Below are positions 43,631 through 56,310 of a DNA stretch of 64,000 bases, in pieces. Origin of the DNA: Octopus vulgaris (lineage: Eukaryota); NCBI GenBank assembly GCA_951406725.2, contig OX597818.1:48112001-48176000 (forward strand), given 5' to 3'. How positions within the stretch are numbered: position 1 is the stretch's first letter; every line of letters begins with the position of its first letter. The translations under genes were made by a program, and so were the position numbers. Below the pieces are notes generated by a model. That model was not told the origin of the DNA, searched no databases, and worked only from the letters and a program-made list of their open reading frames with translations.

Positions 43631-44052
43631 GTAATGATAAATCTCAGAGCGAGTTATAAACAATGGCGGTAACACATTGTGACGCATATTTGCCATTTGA
43701 ATATGGCTAACCCCTAAGGGTGGATGCTACTGTAGTTTGTAGCCCCAGGAAGATATCTCCTCCAGCTGGCTATAGACACACTATCTGTGCCCTATCAGTA
43801 TTTGTGAAGGGAAGTCATCCTTCCCGTCTTCAACTATGATTGTCACACGCTGATGATAGGTAAACACCTTGAAACTCGAGTCCGTGTGTATCATAAGTTG
43901 AAGACAGGAAGGATGACTTCCCTTCACAAATACTGATAGGGCACAGATAGTGTGTCTATAGCCAGCTGGAGGAGATATCTCCCTGGGGCTACAAACTACA
44001 GTAGCATCCACCCTTAGGGGTTAGCCATATACAAATGGCAAATATGCGTCAC
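43631..44052. mobile_element. Fold-back element in (TA)n: inverted arms 43679-43840 / 43890-44052 with a hammerhead between them
   Basis: Arms are reverse complements with a handful of mismatches/indels; TA-rich runs on both sides; homologous to the 14-kb unit. Confidence 0.85.
43844..43888 (+). ncRNA. Minimal type-I hammerhead ribozyme, canonical core, in a TADA3 intron (sense)
   Basis: CACACG-CTGATGA-t-AGGT(aaac)ACCT-t-GAAA-C(TCGA)G-TC-CGTGTG. Predicted cut after C43882. Confidence 0.85.
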
Positions 44053-45118
44053 TATATATATATATATGTGTATATATATATCCTGGCTTCATTTTTTTCT
44101 GCTAGCATAATAAAGTTGATCTTATTAAAGTTAAGAATATAAGAGTTGAATATTATTATTATGTAAAAAGCTATTAGCAATTTGATTTGAATATATAACT
44201 TTTTATCTCATTGTTTGTGGTGTCAAATTTTGGCCTAGATTATCAGGTATCTTTTAGGCAAAGTATGACATTGTATATTAGCAAGGTATCTATTCAGTTA
44301 TCCCTTTGAGGGTGGGGGTCACTTTAGAAGCAGGTAAGTATCTAGATTCAAATTTTTCTGCATTTTTAACACCACTTAACTAGCCTCATTCTTAGATTTT
44401 GATTATAAATTTATTTTATGCACTGTCTTTGCATATCCTTTGTCACTTTTATACTTAAATCTTTCTTCTTTGGGCTAGAATCCTTGCACCTCTCAACCCT
44501 CTCGTAGAACCTACGGCAAACTCCTATATTATTTTTGCCTCATTTAGTAAGCCTTTCCTTACCGTCTGCTTTTTATTTTTCCATTATTGCTGTTGCTTTT
44601 CTTGTTATCAAAAGCTTTTCTAGACATGCTTCATTGGTAATACATTTTTTAAACTAATTATAATTTTTATCTCAATCTAAGCATCTTGTTTTAATAAATT
44701 TTATTTCCTTTGTCCTTACTTTGCCTTACTAAATCTGATAAAGTCCAAAGGACAGGAAATTTATTTTGAAACTTTTGCATGGTTAGTGATCCATTCTGTT
44801 GTTATCAGTGGTCCTAATTTAAGCACCATCCTTATTTCATAAAACCAAGCTTAGTTTTAATCCATAATCAGTTTTAGTCTCATAAATTTGCTTTCAGTTC
44901 TGTCATTTGTGTCTATAGACAAAAGATAATCTCAGTTGTATTTTTAGTGCTGTTTGTGGTATTTTCATCACTTTGTGTTTTATGCTAGTTTTTTTTTTTT
45001 TTTAAATTTTTCAAAACTTATCACTGTCAGTCTTTCTCGGATAACTTGGCACTATATTTTGACTTTTTGCATTCATTATGTGCAGGTATTTCAATTTGTG
45101 TAAAATGCCATTAGGTAG

Positions 45119-45151
<33 letters not shown>

Positions 45152-46166
45152 TGTTCCTACTTAGTTTGTGTTTGTTGTTTCGAATTGGTATGTAAACCAT
45201 GCAAATCAGAAAGCAGTCTATGACAAACAACATATTATATTAATTAAATATTTGAAACGAAATTATTGTAAAACAAAAAAGAAAATGTATTTATTCTATG
45301 TGACCTGTCTTTTACCTGGAATTTTCTAAATGTGTATTCTGATTATGGTATTATATAAGACAAAAAAAAAACTAAGTAACAAAGTAAATTAGTTTGTACT
45401 ATTTGTAAGTTTCCAAAGTCACTGAGTTAAATCAAAACTTCTTATAAAACACAGCCAAATTATTCTGTTATATTTCATTTTTTTCACGGGAGACAGGCTT
45501 TAAAAACAGAAAAAAACTTTCTTCATTAACAATAGTTCTATGATGATTCCATTTTATTTGAATTACTTTATTCTAGTTTCGGCTGCACAAAGGTAAAGTT
45601 AGGAGAAGAATTCAATTTGTAAGATGCTATTGGGGACTCCATTCATCGTGTGATTAATTATTTTGTAGATTTTTCATACAGCTGCTGGAGGTTTGGGGTT
45701 TCAAGCCACTTAACCATAACTCTACTGTATAAATCTCAAAGATTTCTTAAAAGGAAAAAAAGGAAAAAAAGGAAAAAAATTACAATTTGTTGATTGGGCA
45801 AATTTTATACCAAACTGCCAGTGTTTTTGTACCAATCAAATATTACTTTGTTAGCATTGTGTAATTAATTGTATTGTAGCTAATTATTGGACAAGTTCAT
45901 CGGTTCTTTATATTAATTAGAAAGTTTTTGGTTGGTTGTATTTATTTATATTTTTATTCTCTCATCTTTTTTTATATTTTTATTTACTTTGCCTTTATTT
46001 TTATTGTTTTCATATTAAGAGCTGTTTTTTATTTCTTTATTAATTGTTTATAATTATTTCATTGCTTTTTAAAAAAAAAAAAAAAAATTACTAATTCAAC
46101 AAATATAATAACTAATTAGCAAAAATAACATTAATGTTATTTGGTATTCTGTATTTCCTCACATAG

Positions 46167-46196
46167 GGTCGTCCAAGAAGCAGATGGAGGAATGAG
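46167..46196 (+). CDS. TADA3: Candidate 30-nt TADA3 microexon (GRPRSRWRNE) overlapping the 5' edge of an RTE-LINE remnant
   Basis: gtatttcctcacatag acceptor, GAG|GTAATA donor, phase 0-0, no stop codon. Confidence 0.35.
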
Positions 46197-46869
46197 GTAA
46201 TAAACCATGCAGGGATTAACTGGAATGCTAGAACAGGAGTTAGGGGAAAATGAGGAGTGATGAGGGAGCCCTGTGTCAAGCAGTGGATCAAAAAAAAACA
46301 CAGCTGTTATGATGATGATGATGATGATGATGATGAGGATGATGATGATGTTGATAATGCTAATTATCCCCAAGATTATACCCCAAGCCTTGCATGAATG
46401 AAATGGAATTAACACTTTCTTTTGTGTGATGTTTAATTATAACTGGGATATAAATCTGTTATTAATTATTTGCTATTGTGATCCACAGTTTTAGAACTGT
46501 AACATTAAAAAAAAAAAATCTTGCTAGTGATGTTAAGGATTCAATTATGCAGTATTCTCATCTTCTTATCAAATAATTTCAACTTTTTCCTAGTTTATTA
46601 CTGAGTTTGTGCACACACACACACACACACTTATACACACACACTCACACCTCTGTATGTGGCGTATGTATGATGGTCGCTTACATCAGGAACAACAACA
46701 GGAAAAGTGTTTGGCAAATGTGTTCTAGCAAATGGTGAGAAGACATGTAAAGAACAGATAACGATATTTAATTAGGAACAAGAAAATAATGGAAAACAAT
46801 TAAAAGGATGTGTAATAATGAAATCACTCTAGCTGATTGACAGTAGTAACCCCATGTCTTATTGCTGAC

Positions 46870-47443
46870 AAGAGAACATTCCTTCCTTCTTTGGACACTA
46901 AAACTCTACTTGCGAAGACCTGTTGAGGCAAGTGAAATCAAATAAATCAAACAAAAGCAAGATCAAAATCAAATTCGATGACTGGAGTCCATGCTGGCAG
47001 GGTGCAAAGAGTACCATACAAGCGTGATCATTGACAGAACAGCTAACCGGCTTCCGTACCAGTGGCACTTAAAGGGCACCATTTGAGCGTGATTGTTGCC
47101 AGAGCAGCCAACTGGCTTCTGTGCCAGTGGCACGTAAAAGGGCACCATTCGAGCATGATCGTTACCTACGTCGCCTTACTGGCACCTGTGCTGGTGGCAT
47201 GTGTAAAAGGATTCGAGTGAGGTCGTTGCCAGTACCGCCTGACTGGCCCCCATGCCGGTGGCATGCAAAAAGCACCCACTACAATCTCGGAGTGGTTGGC
47301 GTTAGGAAGGGCATCCAGCTGTAGAAACTCTGCCAAATCAAGATTGGAGCCTGGTGCAGCCATCTGGTTTGCCAGCCCTCAGTCAAAATTGTCCAACCCA
47401 TGCTAGCATGGAAAGTGGACGTTAAACGATGATGATGATGATG
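46870..47443 (+). mobile_element. SINE/non-autonomous retroposon family C with (GAT)n tail (copies near 8663, 9890, 26715, 30075, 31560, 35447, 52930, 57410, 61340, 63060)
   Basis: Shared GGAGTGGTTGGCGTTAGGAAGGGCATCCAGCTGTAGAAAC...CCATGCTAGCATGGAAAGCGGACGTTAAACGATGATG 3' end. Confidence 0.85.
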
Positions 47444-50400
47444 AGAACAGAGAAGAGATGTTTGGTACATGTGCAGTAGAAGACCCTCATTGCTTTAGTG
47501 CAATGTGAAAGCTTACAAATATCTCATTTACTTAACAGATTTTCATTGAAATCTCATCTGATGTGACATGCCCCCCTCCCCCTGGTTCTGAGATTGGGAG
47601 ATTTATTCATGGTGTTTAACTTGGTGTTACTAATTAAAAACCTGCATAAATTCTCCCCAGGCATTTCTTGGTGGTTGACCTGTTTGCTTTTTTTTTTTTT
47701 TTTAAGCTTATTGTTAATCTGCAGAATTTGCCTTCTGGAGATCAGTTGACAAGGCAGTTTATATCATCTAATGTGTATGTGTACTGCTAAAACAGAACCA
47801 TTGGCAAAATGAAACACTAATCTTGAAGATAACATAGAAAAAATAAAAGCAACCCCTTAAAAAAGAAGAAAATATAGGGCAAATAGCATTTGTACAGTCA
47901 CATAACTCTGGTTTTGTCATTTTACATTGGAAATTTTATGAAGTTCCTTGGTAATAAGCAAATACCATCATTCTCTACATCCAAGTAAATGTTATACTCC
48001 AGTTAAGACCCTCAGGAAACCAAACTACCACAAATTTTATATACGTACAAAATCAAATTATGTGCCTAAAGTTGTGAAATATCATTGTAAAGACATTAAG
48101 TGGACTCGGTCCACCTATCCTTAGATAAAGCCACCTTCAAAAGTCACAAAATGACGTACTCACCTGTAGGAATATATGGCTGTCTTATAATGACTGAGAA
48201 AATGAATAAATGGAAGAAAGCTGAAGTATTACCGCAATGTGAAAAAGTGTGTTGTAAGAAGTTTTCTTCTTTGTGAAAGAATTCTTTTTCTAAATGGCCA
48301 CAAATTGCATTGGTTGTTCAACAAGGTATAACACGCTTCTGATGCCTGCCAAAAATGTCCCTCTATTATCAAGGATACGGTGCAAAAACATTGTAAATGG
48401 TTCAAGAAATATAAATCTCAACATGCTTTTATTGCTGAAGAATAGAGCTCTTCTCCCCCCCCCCCCCAACTCCCCCGAAAGGAAGATGCCTGAAGAAATA
48501 CCCCTCTGTTGCATTGACATCACTACAAAATACATCTTAACCAGCTACATTGGGATTTAGATTGAAAATAATCTCTTCAGATCAAGATTGAAGCCTGGTG
48601 CAGCCATCTGGTTCGCCAGCCCTCAGTCATTCATCCAACCCATGCTAGCATGGAAAGCGGACGTTAAACGATGATGATGATGATTAGTAGAACAGATCAT
48701 GTCATTAATTTCGTTACGACTACTTAACCTTTTAGCATTTAAACCAGCCATATCCGGCCAAAAGTATTCTGCCTGTTTTATGTTCAAACTGGCCAGATCT
48801 GGTCTCTCACACCAACCCTACAATATCGTTTTAAAAATTAACAGCTACCTCATCAAAGTCTCATAGCTACAACAATGATTAGTAGAACAGATCATGTCAT
48901 TAATTTCGTTACGACTACTTAAAGAACAGTACAGCACTTAAGATGTGTATGGAAATCAAAAACTGAAGAGAGAAATATTAACGTTATATGAGTAAGAACT
49001 GATCAGGGCACCGACATTTAGTTATGGGTCCAGGCAAGGTTCTCTTCTGACCTGGCATACAGAAATATTCCATACCTATTTCTTTACTACCCACAAGGGG
49101 CTAAACACAGAGAGGACAAACAAGGACAGACAAACGGATTAAGTCGATTAAATCAACCCCAGTGCGTAACTGGTACTTATTTAATCGACCCCGAAAGAAT
49201 GAAAGGCAAAGTCAACCTCGGCGGAATTTGAACTCAGAACGTAGCGGCAGACGAAATACGGCTATGCATTTTGCCCGACGTGCTAACATTTCTGCCAGCT
49301 CGCCGCCTTTCCATACCTGTTATCACCACATGCTCAGTTTTCTTGAGAACTTTTAAGAAAAACTCTCCTGATGCACATGAGTCAATAAATAGTGTTTGAT
49401 ATGCACACATTTCTATGTCTGGATTGAGCACTTCACTGTTCAAATATAACAACCTAACATATACAAACATATCTATAACATATATATATATTCATTCACG
49501 TGTGTGTGTGTGTTTTTTAGCATTAGTTAGTTTGGGAAACTACTAAAGATTTTCCAAGTTTTTCTGCAGATGTGTTTATGAAAAATTGTTCCTATAAAAC
49601 ATTAAAACTACTCAATTTTCACAAAAAGGAAAATTACTAGCAATTTAATGATTGCCATAATATTTTTAGTAAAGGCATTGTACTAAAAATATCAGTAATC
49701 AGACAATCAAAAGTCAGATGATTATTTTCTTTGAAAATAAATGAAAATATCTTAAATAATGTTAGTATTAATTATACAATTAATTATAGAATAGGCTAAT
49801 TATATTACGAAGTTACTTGGTATGAAAATGAGCTGGGAAAATTAGAAATTTATATTATGTTAAAAAAAAAAAACAGATTTTGTTTCAATCATTTGATCCA
49901 GTTAGTGAGTTAGTTATACTAATTACAAAACTTAAATTGTATTTTAAGGTATGTGGTAACTGAGGTTAATATTAATAAAGTAGGGCAACGAGATGGCAGA
50001 ATCATTGGCATGCCAGATGAAAAGCTTACCAGCATTTCCTGCATCTCTACATTCTGAGTTCAAATACTGCCGAGGTCAGCTTTGCCTTTCATCAATTCAG
50101 GGTTGATAAATTAAGTACCAACTGAGAACTTCAGTCAGTATTATCAACTATTCCCTTCACCCAAAATTGCTGACCTTGTTTGTGCTCCATCCCATGCCAA
50201 TATGGGAAAACAAAATTTGTATGATGATATATATTTATAATGAAATGTTGGCATTGTCTTGTCTTATTAAAGCTACTAAGGGATATTTTACCTATTTTCC
50301 AGATAGTCTTCTAGTATATGAACACTTATCATGCTTGTGGATGATAATGTAAAACTGTTTTTTTACTGCATTCACTGTAAGCTTATGGTGTTTGTTAGCC

Positions 50401-51918
50401 AAAATTCCATACTACAGTTTTGGGACCAGGCAGTGAAAATTCACTTTCTACTCAAGGCTGAATGATTGGCTCTTGAACAGCAATTCAACTATTAAAACAG
50501 TTGCTTCAGCAAAATGAATATCATTCACTCTTTCTAGCTGAGAAGCTGAGAACAAACAGATGTAGACCAGCTTAGAACTAAGTTCTATTACGTGTAAATA
50601 TAGAACTGGGAATACTGTTAAAGCATCTCATCCTTGAACAAAGACCATATTTAACAACCCAGTTATGATTTTGTATTGTTTTCTAACTTGATATAAAAAG
50701 CATAATAATAATAATAATAATAGTTTATGTTATCAGAATTCAAATTAGTGTACCGACATTTTGTGTATTTTGAAATTTGTTCCTGCACAACTTTGTTACG
50801 ATATTTTTTTCTCAAAATTATAATTTCATTTAAAATATAACCCATTGGAGCTACCCATTGTCTTAGCCAAAGAAACTAAATTCATAATAATTAGAAAATT
50901 AACAATAAATTTGCAGGCTGCTTGCTAGAATGAAGTAATTCCAATTAAATGGTCATTTTTGAAGTTTGAGATATAGAAAAAACATTTTGCTTTCCTCTAA
51001 GGTTTTCTGAACTTTTCACTGTTAACTGTTTTAAAATTTTTGCTAATAATTGCATTTATCAACAATTAGTTCTAAGCTTTTCAGTTTGATTTTTTTTTTT
51101 TACTTTTCTTATGCAATTATTTTTAATATAAAAAAAATAATTTTTCATCATTTTATTTTAAAGTTATACATTATTCTTTTTAATTATTCCAGATAAAAAT
51201 CTACACATGCATACAATTATTCCTATCAAATAATTTCTGTATATTTTTGCATAGCTGAAGATTTTAATTAATATGTTTTGATAAGATAATGCTATATATG
51301 TTTTAATAATTAAATAATTTATTTTATAAAATAGAACTGCTAGACACATTTTGATCCCACTTTGCGACATCTTAGGCACCTGTAGCCTTTGTTGATCAAA
51401 GCCTTGTGCCTTGAATTTGGTAGACAAAAATTGTAGAGGAAGCCCATTACACTATATATATATACATATACATATATATATATACACACATATATATACA
51501 TATATATGTATGTATGTATGTGATTTCCTTGTCAATGTTTACCAGGTATCAAGTTGTGTCTCTTTATATCAAAACTTAAACTCAGCCCTTCGAAAAATAG
51601 ACATTGATAAAATCAGTACAGACTAAAATATAAGTACTGGGGTTGTTTGACCAAAACCCACGAAGGTTGGTACCCCAGCTTGGCTGCAGTCCAAAGTCTG
51701 AAACCAGTAAAAGAATAACTTGGTATATTTCAGATATAATGTCTGCTTCTTCCTCATTGGAAAATTTAGCATTTGTTACTTGATATTCTTCCTTTTAGAC
51801 TGAATTCTAGACCTTTTTGATGTTTAAATATTTATACAAGAATATATATGTGTATTTAGGAGTGTCTTTTTTCTTTTCTTTTTTTTTTTTTTTTGCTTCA
51901 TTTTTTTGTTTTCTCCAG

Positions 51919-52056
51919 GCTTCCGATGTGCCAGTCGTGAAACGGGGGAAAGGTGGCAGTGGAGCTGAAGACAAACCAAACAAAAAATTCAAAGACAGCA
52001 ATGGAAAAGCCACTCATTGTAGTGGACCAGGAAGGCCAAAGAACAAAAATTCACAA
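51919..52056 (+). CDS. TADA3: TADA3 coding exon (ASDVPVVKRGKGG...GPGRPKNKNSQ)
   Basis: Very long T-tract plus ccag acceptor; GPGRPK.KN motif of ADA3; donor GTTAGT. Confidence 0.92.
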
Positions 52057-53339
52057 GTTAGTAACTTTCCAATTAAATTCTAATTGTTCCAATTTTACAT
52101 GCAAATTTAAAATTATTATATTTCTTAGATCTGAGATACATCTGATGGATACTCTGGGATGCATCATCAGTGATGTTTGTGGGGTCCCATGGAGGGTTTC
52201 GAGTCTTTTAACATCAGACCCTTCACCCAGTTAATCCACACCTGCAGTTGATCAAGTCGCAGCTTCAATAATGGAATTTATGGCCCTCCTCTTTACTGCA
52301 CCAGTAACCCCAAGCCCATTCACATCATTTTAATTCACAGCAATAACCCTGGTTTCACATTTTGGTGCAAAGCCGGCAATTTCGGGAGAGGAACTGAGTC
52401 AGTTACATCAACTGGTATTTATTTTATCGATCCCAAAAGGATGAAAGGCAAAGTCAGCCTCGGAGGAATTTGAACTCAGAATATAAAAACTGACAAAATG
52501 CCTCTAAGTATTTTGTCTGGCATGCTAACGATTCTGCCAGCTTGCCAGCTTAATTCGTTGAATCAATATTGTTCCTATTTTTTAAAAATATATAAAATTT
52601 TGTTACATGGATATTTTTCAAGTGGCTCTTTGGCTGGTTTATGGAAAAGAAACCACCACCAGAGACTCTTGACCAGCCAGAGAGTAGGAAAGATGTGGAA
52701 GGAGTTCAGGAAATTGTAACCCCTTGGTAAATGGAGGATTTCTCTTTCCACATGAATGACAGAAGCAAATGTTAGAATAGTGATGCTAAATGTTGGGAGA
52801 CATGAATTACCTGTGTGTAAAAGATTGACAGCAGTGATGTAACTATGATCCATTGTTTATGTCATGTTAACCTACATGAAAGGCAAAGCACAAGCTGAGA
52901 AAGTCTTGTAGAAGTGAAGTGTTTATATTCATCATCATCATTGTTTAACATCCGCTTTCCGTGCTGGCATGGGTTAAACAGTTTGACTGAGGACTGGCAA
53001 GCCAGGGGGCTGCACCAGGCTCCAATCTGATCTGGCAAGGTTTCTACAGCTGGATGCCCTTCCTAATGCCAACCACCCTGAGAGTGTAGTGGGTGCTTTT
53101 TACGTACCTCTGGCACAGGGGCCAGTCAGCAGCGCTGGCATCAACCACGCTTGAATGGTGCTTTTTATATGCCAGTCAGGTGGCACTAGCATCAGCCACG
53201 CTCAAGTGGTGCTTTTTACATGCTACTGGCATGGGTGCCTGTCAGGCAGAACTGACATCGGCCACGGCTATGATTTCACTTGACTCAACAGGTCTTCTCA
53301 AGTACAGCATAATGCCTGACAAGTGAAGGGTACTTTCAT

Positions 53340-54482
53340 ATGCGACACTGGCATCAACCACGGCTACGATCTCACCTGACTTGCCGGGTTTTCTCATTTA
53401 TAGAATATTTCCAAAGGGCTTGGTTGCTTGTCATTGCCTCTGTGAGATCCAATGTTCGAAGGTTGTTCTTCACCACCTCATACCATATCTTCCTGGATCT
53501 TCCTCTTCCACAGATTCCCTCCACTCTTAGGGTGTGACACTTAACACAGCTATCCACATCGATACACAACACATGACCATACCAGCACAGTTATCTTCCT
53601 TGCATACTACATCTGATGCTTCTTATGCCCAACTTTTCTCTCAGGGCACTTACACTCTCTCACGTATGCACACTGATATTACTCCTTGCATACCACATCT
53701 GATGCTTCTTATGCCCAACTTTTCTCTCAGGGCGCTTACACTCTCTCGCGTATGCACACTGATATTACACATCCAGCGAGGTATACTAGCTTCATTTCTT
53801 TCAAGCCTACACACGTCCTCAGCAGTCACAGCCCATGCTTCACTGCCGTGTAGCATTGGCTGTTTGCACACTTGCATCATACAGTCAACCTTTCACTCTG
53901 AGTGAGAAACCTCTTGTTACCAGCAAAGGTAGGAGCTCTCTGAATTATGCCCAGGCTATTCTTATTCTTGCAGGTACACTCTCAGAGCATCCACCCCCAC
54001 TACTGACTTGGTCACCTAGGTAACGGAAGCTATCAACTTCTTCTAGTTTTTCCCCCTGGCATGTGATGGAATCAATAAACATCTTTGGTGTTTATTGCTC
54101 CTGTGCATCTGCCACACGCAAAAATTATCTTCCCAGTTAACCTTCCTTTGGTATTGCTGCATGTCCAAAGCTTACACCGGGTACGTCTTATGGAGTTTCT
54201 ACCTATACCTTTTCTACAGATCAAGCAGGGCCATCTATCTGAAAGGACTTGTGATTTGTCTGCTTTCCTACTTACTAAGACTTTGATTTTTGCTAGATTG
54301 ACTCTAAGGCCCTTCAATTCTCGACCTTGCTTCCACACCTGAAACTTCTCTAGTTCTGATAATAATTCAGCTAGTAGAGCAAGGTCATCAGCATACAGGA
54401 GCTCCCAGGGGCAGCCCATCTTGAATTCCTCTGTTATTGCCTGAAGGACTATGATGAATAAGAGGGGGCTGAGGACTGATCC
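53340..54482 (-). mobile_element. Degenerate RTE-clade LINE reverse transcriptase fragment
   Basis: GSVLSPLLFIIVL...LLYADDLALL...GLRVNLAKIK RT motifs. Confidence 0.9.
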
Positions 54483-54825
54483 TGCTGTCAATATTTCACA
54501 CAGAGATAGTTCATGTCTCCCAACATGTAGCATCACAATTCTTACATTTGCTTCTGTCATTCATGTGGCAAGAGAAATCTTCCCTTTACCAAGAGGTTAC
54601 GATTCACTGAACTCCTTCCACCGCTTTCCTACACACTGGCTGGTCAAGAGGTTCTAGTGGTGATTTCTTTTCCATAAAGCAGCCTCTAGAAAAATATCCT
54701 CGTAACAAAATTTGATATTTTTTTTTTAAAATAGGAGCGCTGGCAGAATCATTATTGCATTGTGAAATATGCTTAGCGACATTTCTTCCAGCTTTACATT
54801 CTGTGTTCAAATTCTACCATGGTCA

Positions 54826-55133
54826 TGGACATCACGGGTGATGTCCTCCCAACTTCCGTGATGTCCTTCTCCCAACTCCACTTCCCAACTGGCGGAAACG
54901 CGCGGGCGGGCAGCTGAAGACCTGGGTTACAACGATCAAGGAGGACCTCTCCATGCTCACGGGACCGCAGGTGGTTGGCCTACACCTATGGAACCGTGAC
55001 TGGCTCACTATCTCCTGTGAACTGGTGCAGGACCGTCGTGCGTGGGCTGTCATGGTTCGAGATGCCTTGAGGGTGGTAGAAGAAGCCGACTCAACTCACC
55101 CAGGGTGAATGTCACCACAAGTACAAGTAATTA
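54826..55133 (+). mobile_element. RTE LINE 3' end inserted into a SINE B
   Basis: WRKRAGGQLKTW...QDRRAW; CAAGTA tail; 12-bp TSD ctaccatggtca at 54814 and 55134. Confidence 0.8.
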
Positions 55134-56060
55134 CTACCATGGTCAACTTCAGTTTTCATCCATTCTGGGTCAATAAAATAAAGTACCAGTTGAGCACTGA
55201 GAATGATGTAATTGACTCACCCCACCTCTAACCAAAAATCTCTGGCCTTGTGCCATTACTTGAAACCATTATATTGGTTTCAAATTTTGGCAGAGATGGG
55301 GTAATCGATTATATCGACCCCAGTGCTCAACTGGTACTTATTTTGTTGACCCTGAAAGGATGAAAGGCAAAGTCAACCTTGGCAGGTTTTGAACTCAGAA
55401 TGTAAACACGGACAAAATGTTGCTGAGCATTTTGCCCAACATGTTAATAATTCTGCCAGCTTGCTGCCCTAATTTGAAACCACTGTTTAAGAATGCAAAT
55501 TTATTTGCACCTAATGTGTTGAGGACTTACATGTTGCTCTTTTTTTACTCTTTTATATGTTTCAGTCATTTGACTGTGGCTACCACCTTTTAGTCAAACA
55601 AATCAACCTCAGAACTTTATTCTTTGTAAGCCTAGTACTTATTTTATTGGTCTCTTTTACCAAACTGCTAAGTTATGGGGATGTAAACACACCAGCATCA
55701 GTTGTCAAGAGATGGTGCGGGGACAAACACAGACACACAAATATACACACATATACATATATATATGTATGTATGTAGGTTATACCACAGGCTTCAGTTT
55801 CCTTCTACCAAATCCACTTACAAGGCTTTGGTCAGCCCGAGGCTAAAGTAGAAGACACTTGCCCAAGGTGCCATACTGAGGGACTGAACCTGGAACCATG
55901 TGGTTGGCATCATTTTTATGGGATTTTGTTAAGTAAAAAATAGATATTAGTGTTGACATGTTTGATTTTAAAAATTCTAATGTTCTGTTTTCAGGTGACA
56001 GATTAAAGAACCAAAATAATACGACTCCTAATTTTTTAAAAACATTTGTATTTTCTCTAG

Positions 56061-56310
56061 GTGAAAATGCCTGACTATGACATTTCGGAATCTTCTGACA
56101 TAGCTCGTAGCCAGAAAAATGATATTGTAAATCGCTTTTGGGCATCGGTTGATCCTTACTGTGCAGAAATCAGTACTGAAGATATGAAAGTTCTAGAAGA
56201 AGTTCTGGTGACAATTAAAGATGATAGTGAGTTTTTCAAAATTCCGCCTTTGGGCAAACATTACTCGGAACGATGGGCTCAAGAAGATATCATGGATGAA
56301 CAAAAAGAAG
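56061..56310 (+). CDS. TADA3: TADA3 coding exon (VKMPDYD...NRFWASVDPYCAEI...KIPPLGKHYSERWAQED..EQKE)
   Basis: Diagnostic ADA3 motifs NRFWASV.PYC and IPPLGKHYS.RWAQED; ctctag acceptor; AAG|GTACAT donor. Confidence 0.96.

Noticed and set aside
45060-45092. tgcAG|GTattt possible recursive splice site
   Set aside because: Weak regenerated donor and modest pyrimidine tract; expected by chance.
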